Part shown: one piece after another, positions 27,369 to 32,239 of the stretch
Numbering within the stretch: position 1 is the first letter of the stretch
Layout of the letters: each line of letters starts with the position of its first letter
Source of the DNA: Promethearchaeota archaeon
GTDB taxonomy: Archaea; Asgardarchaeota; Lokiarchaeia; Sigyniarchaeales; SOKP01
Length of the DNA stretch: 32,239 nucleotides
Direction: 5' to 3'
NCBI GenBank assembly: GCA_048939015.1
Contig: JBHLPW010000054.1
Span: forward strand, 1-32,239
Program-made: the position numbers and the translations under genes
The notes under the pieces: model-generated
Database searches by the model: none
What the model was told of the DNA's origin: nothing
What the model saw: the letters and a program-made list of their open reading frames with translations, nothing else

Positions 27369-28376
27369 TTATTTTTCCCGCCATTCCACGCCGCATTCTC
27401 CGCAACGGTATTTTTTACCGTACATACGTGGATAATCAAGGATAATATTTCCTTTATCAACACTCTCATGAATCATAAGAGGGTTTTCATTTCCACACTC
27501 AGGACACTTTCGTCTCCCATCAATATGCTCTACAGTTAGGATTGAATCATCAGTTCTTCCGGGTATACCTGGAGCAGCTCCTGAAGCCCTAACTTCCGAA
27601 ATATCTGCTTTTACTTCTTCTGGAGATACATCTTTAACTTCTGATTTAAATTCAGGTTGGATGGCTGCTGCTATTCTATCATCTTCATCTTCTCCTTCTA
27701 ATACAGATTCTGCTTTTAATTGTACAGCATCAGATTCCTTATAATTTTCCCCTCGCTCTAAAGCAGAAATAAACTCTGAATCATCACCCTCTTCAAAGAT
27801 CGTTTCTTGCTGTAACCCAGCTCTATCAAAATCTATAGATCGTGCCCATTGACCAGCCTTAACTTTTTCTGTAACAGTACAGGCATTACCTTGCCATATA
27901 TAAACTTTATTACCTAAATCAGCAACAAAGCAATCTTCAGAATCTAAAGATTCTTTCTTAAAAGGAACTTGAATCATTTTCATGGCATTAATATCTTCGA
28001 ATTCCTCGGCTGAAACACGATAAAGGACATTCTTCCACTCATGAAAACCTGCCCAATCTCCAGTTGTGACATCTTTAAGAAGTGTTTTAGCATAATTTTT
28101 CTCAACAATTTTCATCGCTCCCATAGAACTAATTGCTTTAAGGAATTCTTTTGGTTCTTGACCTTGATCAACCGTAATTATTTTTGCTGCGCCTCCACGT
28201 TGTTGATCGAGGGTTCTTGCTTGAGCAGCACCAGCAGTCTTCTCATCGACAGAGCATTTATTCCCAATCCATACATAGATGGTTTTCTCATCATCTAATA
28301 AGTAGACATCTCCGCTTGAAAAGACTAATTTATTGATTTCTTTTAAATTTCCTTGCTCAATCATAAATAGTTTCAA
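27369..28376 (-). CDS. Two-domain gelsolin-family actin regulator with a C-terminal zinc ribbon
   Basis: Domain 1: FSSGDVYLLD...IYVWIG..CS.DEK.AGA..A..LD...DQGQEP.EF. Domain 2: LDSEDCFVAD.G..VYIWQG..C...EK.KA...A..I...EEGDD.EF. Acidic/Ala-Pro linker, then CPECG...CGECG. Confidence 0.92.
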   Translation of the reverse strand: MKLFMIEQGNLKEINKLVFSSGDVYLLDDEKTIYVWIGNKCSVDEKTAGAAQARTLDQQRGGAAKIITVDQGQEPKEFLKAISSMGAMKIVEKNYAKTLLKDVTTGDWAGFHEWKNVLYRVSAEEFEDINAMKMIQVPFKKESLDSEDCFVADLGNKVYIWQGNACTVTEKVKAGQWARSIDFDRAGLQQETIFEEGDDSEFISALERGENYKESDAVQLKAESVLEGEDEDDRIAAAIQPEFKSEVKDVSPEEVKADISEVRASGAAPGIPGRTDDSILTVEHIDGRRKCPECGNENPLMIHESVDKGNIILDYPRMYGKKYRCGECGVEWREK

Positions 28377-28499
28377 TTACATCTACCTTTTTTTTTAAAT
28401 TTGCGATCTTTTTTTTTAAAAAAATCTTTTTTTAACTACATTATAAAAATAAAATAATATATATGTTACACTTTTTCTTGTACTAATCCAAATTAAGTA

Positions 28500-29876
28500 T
28501 CAAAAATCATTAAGCGCCATTTTAATTCTTTTTACTAATTCTGGAATTTCACTAAGATCTATAGAGCAATAAGCAATCCTCAAACCGTTAATCTTCTCGT
28601 CTAAATTTTCAACTGGAATAATACCTACTTTATATTTTTTTAACAAGTGATCTGCAAATTCTGTTGCTTTAATCTTATCAGGATTTAAGTTTACAAAAAC
28701 AAAAAACCCACCTGAATTAGGATCAATTGATATACTAGGATTTTTTATTCTTAATAGTTCAGAATTAATTTTTTCATATCTTTCTTTAAGTAAATTGTTA
28801 ACAGGTTGTCTGGATTCAATAATTTGATCCATTGTTTTTTTTTGAAAAAGTTTATGAACAAGGACTTGGTAAAAACTATTGCAATTTGATATTGTTGCAC
28901 GAATAAATCCTTCGAGTTTATTATTGATTTCTGCTTTCAATCTTTTTAATTCTTCATCATTATTTATCCAGGAGGGTTTTAAACCAATCGTAATGAAACC
29001 AATACGCCCTCCATAAATTAAGAGCTCTTTTGTAATTCCATCTAATTTAACTGGAATTACATTTTCAGGTAACTGGTGAAGATCATAGAATATAGATCTG
29101 TTTAAAACATCATCCTTATAAATATATGGTTCATATGCATCATCTATTAATACTATAATTGGCTTATTATGAATTTGTTGAGCATTTTTTAAAATATCAA
29201 CAAGTTTATTTGCTTCCTCTTTTCTGGGAACATACCCAGTAGGATTGTTTGGAAAGTTTAAAAGTATAACGATTTTTTCTTGAACTTTTGCGACTTTATT
29301 AATCGCATTATTCAAACCCTCGAGATTCATTTCATTTTGTTTAAAAAATTCAAAGGAACATATCTTTGCTCCAATAAACTTCTTAACTATATTATCATAA
29401 TTCCCCCACCTCTTATTAGGAACGATAATATACTCATTCGGATTTAAAAAAATTACACATGCTTGAAAAATACCATTAGTGACTCCACCTGTTATTACTG
29501 GTGTAGTAATGTATTTACTTAATCTCGATAAAAAAATATCCTCTTTTTCCTGATATAATGATTTCTTTATGATCCATTCCTTCCAAATTTCTCGAGTTTG
29601 TGAATATCCACCAATGGATTTATATGGGATTATATCTTCAACAGAAAGTTGGGAATATTCTGGTATTTCCTTAAGATAACATGGTAACCAATCAGAACCA
29701 CCACTATTAATAAAATCTTTTTCAAACGCATATGCAGCTCCAAGAGTACCAATTAATTCTGCTTCTGTTTTTGCTCTTCCAGCCCAATAAAATATACCCT
29801 CTGGAAGAAAAATGTTTTTTCCGACTTCTGATAAAGCAGTGTAAAAAGGGGTTTTTTGTATAATATCAAATTTCAT
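28500..29876 (-). CDS. PLP-dependent aminotransferase class I/II
   Basis: WGNY, NFPNNPTGY, DDAY, DGITKELLIYGGRIGF, SGGFF, LRIAYCS. Confidence 0.92.
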   Translation of the reverse strand: MKFDIIQKTPFYTALSEVGKNIFLPEGIFYWAGRAKTEAELIGTLGAAYAFEKDFINSGGSDWLPCYLKEIPEYSQLSVEDIIPYKSIGGYSQTREIWKEWIIKKSLYQEKEDIFLSRLSKYITTPVITGGVTNGIFQACVIFLNPNEYIIVPNKRWGNYDNIVKKFIGAKICSFEFFKQNEMNLEGLNNAINKVAKVQEKIVILLNFPNNPTGYVPRKEEANKLVDILKNAQQIHNKPIIVLIDDAYEPYIYKDDVLNRSIFYDLHQLPENVIPVKLDGITKELLIYGGRIGFITIGLKPSWINNDEELKRLKAEINNKLEGFIRATISNCNSFYQVLVHKLFQKKTMDQIIESRQPVNNLLKERYEKINSELLRIKNPSISIDPNSGGFFVFVNLNPDKIKATEFADHLLKKYKVGIIPVENLDEKINGLRIAYCSIDLSEIPELVKRIKMALNDF

Positions 29877-30061
29877 AATTAAAAGAACACTTTTTACAAA
29901 TTATAAAGAATCTTATCTAGGAATAAATAATATAAGAAAACAATAGAAATTTATTTGGCGGATTTAAATATTAAAATAAATTAAAAAAGAAATATGAGAA
30001 AAAAAATAATTTCAAAGATTCTTAAAAAATTCTATAAATCAAACCATAGAGGTAAATTAAT

Positions 30062-30571
30062 ATGAATTGTCCAAACTGTGGTGCATTAGTAAAGGATAAT
30101 AAGCAGAATGTTTGTGAAGTTTGCGGTCAGGTTCTGGTAGATACAGAAGATAAACCCCTTTTAAAGGGCTGGCAAACCTTTATTGATGGGGTAAAAGGTG
30201 GTTTTGATAAATTTAAAACCTCATTAGAAGATCAATCCACAAAAAACAAGGAATTTTTAGAAGAAAACACAGACAAGGTTAATAAATTCTTCAAAACCAT
30301 TAAGAATGATTGGGATAAACAGATTCAGAAATGGAGTAAAGATATAGAACAACGGAACTTAGAATCAAAAGAACAATGGGAAGTTCGCAAATCTAAAATT
30401 CAAAAGGATATAAAGAATTGGCAAGAAAAGACACAGAAAGATTGGGATGATGGAGTAAAAAGTTTTAGACGGGGGTTTTTCAAAGCTTATTTTTGGATCA
30501 TATTATTGACTCTCCCCATAATTTTAATAATCGTTGTGGTTCTTTTTGTCATTAATAAGCTTTTGGGATAA
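30062..30571 (+). CDS. Zinc ribbon + amphipathic 11-mer helical region + C-terminal TM protein
   Basis: MNCPNCG...CEVCG, W/F-periodic charged helix, C-terminal hydrophobic anchor. GAGGT SD upstream. Confidence 0.8.
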   Translation: MNCPNCGALVKDNKQNVCEVCGQVLVDTEDKPLLKGWQTFIDGVKGGFDKFKTSLEDQSTKNKEFLEENTDKVNKFFKTIKNDWDKQIQKWSKDIEQRNLESKEQWEVRKSKIQKDIKNWQEKTQKDWDDGVKSFRRGFFKAYFWIILLTLPIILIIVVVLFVINKLLG

Positions 30572-30635
30572 ATATTTAACTAATTCTTTTTTAAAAATTT
30601 TGTTTTTATAGTTTCAACACTGAGTTTTTATAAAA

Positions 30636-31292
30636 ATGATTAGAATCCTAATAATATCGTTTCTAGTTGCCCTTTCTGGTGCCTTATCTCCAGGTCCTGT
30701 ACTTACATTTACAATTTATAAAACTGTTAAAAGTAATAATCCTTTTACCGGTCTTTTTATAGTACTTGGCCATGCTGTTTTGGAATTTACTTTGATTGTA
30801 CTATTATTACTAGGTGCTTCTTTCTTCTTTCAAAATCTCATATTTTTAATAATGATTGGGATAATTGGAGGCATTTGTTTAATTACATTTGGGTTTTTGA
30901 CTATAAGGGATGTATATAAAAAAACCTATGAAATAAAATTTGATATAAATGCAGAAAATATGAAGGGATTTAAGGGTAATAGTTTTCTTGGAGGTATTTT
31001 TTATTCAATCACTAATCCTTATTGGGAATTTTGGTGGGCAATAACAGGATTAACGCTTATGATTAATTTAAGTGTATCATTTCAAAATCCACTAGGATTA
31101 CTGTTATTTTTTCTTGGACATGAATTAGGAGATTTTGTATGGTATGTTCCAATTTCAATTTTCATCTATTTTGGAGGCAAATCTCTAAATGCAAACGTAT
31201 ACAAATACGTTTTGATTATATGTGGAGGTTTTATGATTGCTTTTGGACTTTATTTAATTCTTAACGTAATAATTTTCCCTCCAAATCTATGA
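30636..31292 (+). CDS. LysE family translocator
   Basis: GALSPGPV, LGHA..E, TNPYW.FWW, GHE.GD..WY. About 6 TM segments. Confidence 0.88.
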   Translation: MIRILIISFLVALSGALSPGPVLTFTIYKTVKSNNPFTGLFIVLGHAVLEFTLIVLLLLGASFFFQNLIFLIMIGIIGGICLITFGFLTIRDVYKKTYEIKFDINAENMKGFKGNSFLGGIFYSITNPYWEFWWAITGLTLMINLSVSFQNPLGLLLFFLGHELGDFVWYVPISIFIYFGGKSLNANVYKYVLIICGGFMIAFGLYLILNVIIFPPNL

Positions 31293-31347
31293 ATAGAATA
31301 ATAGTAGGGATTACTAGTTAAAAAGTGAATTAATCAAAATTAAATGT

Positions 31348-32238
31348 CTAATATTGTTCAAATTCGTGATCTTCTTCAATATCAAATAATTCAGAATGAG
31401 GTTCAAGAAAATGATTTTGACACATTGGACATGAATTATATTTTGAAAGCCAGAATGCTACACATAAATAATGATATGTACTTGCGCAGAATGGGCAAGT
31501 AATTACTTTATCTTTTGCAAAGTTGATAAATTTATGGCAAACTGTACATTGAACATCAGATTTAGAAATGCCTTTTCTCTCTTTAACTCGATTTGAAAGA
31601 ATTGTCTCCAACTTTGCAACTTCTACTTGGTAAAGACCTAATGAATTACTTAACTGATTAATTTTTGCTCTTATCTCAGAAATCCTTTCTTTTAATTCTT
31701 CTTCATTTAATTTCTCAGCTAGAAAAGAAGATAAGGCAAAATTAAGAGGTAATCCCTCAAAATTTTCTGTTTGTTCGGTAATTTCTGTAATAGTCGCAAA
31801 TAGTATTCCTTCTTTTTCTATTAAATCTTTAAAGCTTTTAAATAGTTTGTTTAGAAGAAGTGATATCAGAAATGTTAATTGTTGTTTTTTTCGATTTAGA
31901 TTATCCTCCCAAAACTTGATAACTTGATATATATCAATGTCATTTGATTTCATAGAATTCAATTTTTTGAAAACTTCATCTTTAATAGTTTGAACTTTTT
32001 GATAATATTCATTTAGAATCTCACTCACTCTTTTTAACTGGGGAAATTCCTCTTTAATGATTAACGATGTCTCGTCCTCATAAGATCTAATAAGATCATT
32101 TACTTCAGAGATTTTTTCTGATACATAATTTCGTACTTCAACTCTTAATTCTTCATCTTTTACAGTTTTAATAAATGATAGATATTCATTTTTTCTTCTG
32201 AAGATTTCAGAGGTTAAATTTGAAAAAATTTTCCGGAG
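31348..32238 (-). CDS. Helical/coiled-coil protein with a C-terminal RING finger (putative E3 ligase; 5' end outside the window)
   Basis: The frame stays open from the called GTG (32028) to the window end (LRKIFSNLTSEIF...). C-terminal CTVC-x13-CPFC-x4-H-x2-C-x3-W-x6-CPMC, then an acidic tail. Confidence 0.85.
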   Translation of the reverse strand, partial: LRKIFSNLTSEIFRRKNEYLSFIKTVKDEELRVEVRNYVSEKISEVNDLIRSYEDETSLIIKEEFPQLKRVSEILNEYYQKVQTIKDEVFKKLNSMKSNDIDIYQVIKFWEDNLNRKKQQLTFLISLLLNKLFKSFKDLIEKEGILFATITEITEQTENFEGLPLNFALSSFLAEKLNEEELKERISEIRAKINQLSNSLGLYQVEVAKLETILSNRVKERKGISKSDVQCTVCHKFINFAKDKVITCPFCASTYHYLCVAFWLSKYNSCPMCQNHFLEPHSELFDIEEDHEFEQY

Positions 32239-32239
32239 C

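Noticed and set aside
19629-28298. ORFs 19629..19862, 21142..21348, 21230..21526, 24992..25195, 24996..25274, 25854..26042 and 28041..28298
   Set aside because: Antisense or alternative-frame overlaps of well-supported genes with no independent motifs.
1-32239. CRISPR array, IS element, prophage or defence island
   Set aside because: I saw no regularly spaced repeats and no transposase, integrase, capsid or nuclease-type defence genes by eye.

Overview
AT-rich archaeal chromosomal DNA, most likely from an Asgard archaeon of the Lokiarchaeia type. The assignment rests on an archaeal-type ProRS and TFB together with eukaryotic-signature-type proteins: a two-domain gelsolin, a stand-alone longin-like protein, a TPR protein with a longin-like C-terminus, a coiled-coil RING protein, a DUF106/EMC3-like insertase and a dual-specificity phosphatase. 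There are about 32 CDS. I saw no rRNA, tRNA, CRISPR array or transposase. Metabolic genes include lactate racemase LarA, an FAD/4Fe-4S 2-hydroxyacid (probably D-lactate) dehydrogenase, a GlpA-like/NAD(P)-oxidoreductase/DUF1667 triad, a D-cysteine desulfhydrase-like PLP enzyme, a Fes-like esterase, a UroD-family protein, an aminotransferase, and MFS and LysE transporters. The ORF track needs four corrections: a missed gene at 1248..<1, a missed 58-aa wHTH gene at 4308..4132, a radical SAM gene whose CxxxCxxC motif lies upstream of its first ATG (possible ATT start), and a RING gene that runs off the right end. The best candidate for an undescribed system is a distinctive C-terminal zinc ribbon (GRRxCPECG...YxKKYxCxxCGxE) shared by the gelsolin and a separate small coiled-coil protein about 4.6 kb away, near a long proline-free coiled-coil protein and a DSP phosphatase. 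This may be a modular actin-regulation or targeting module. All calls come from reading motifs by eye; no database searches were run.
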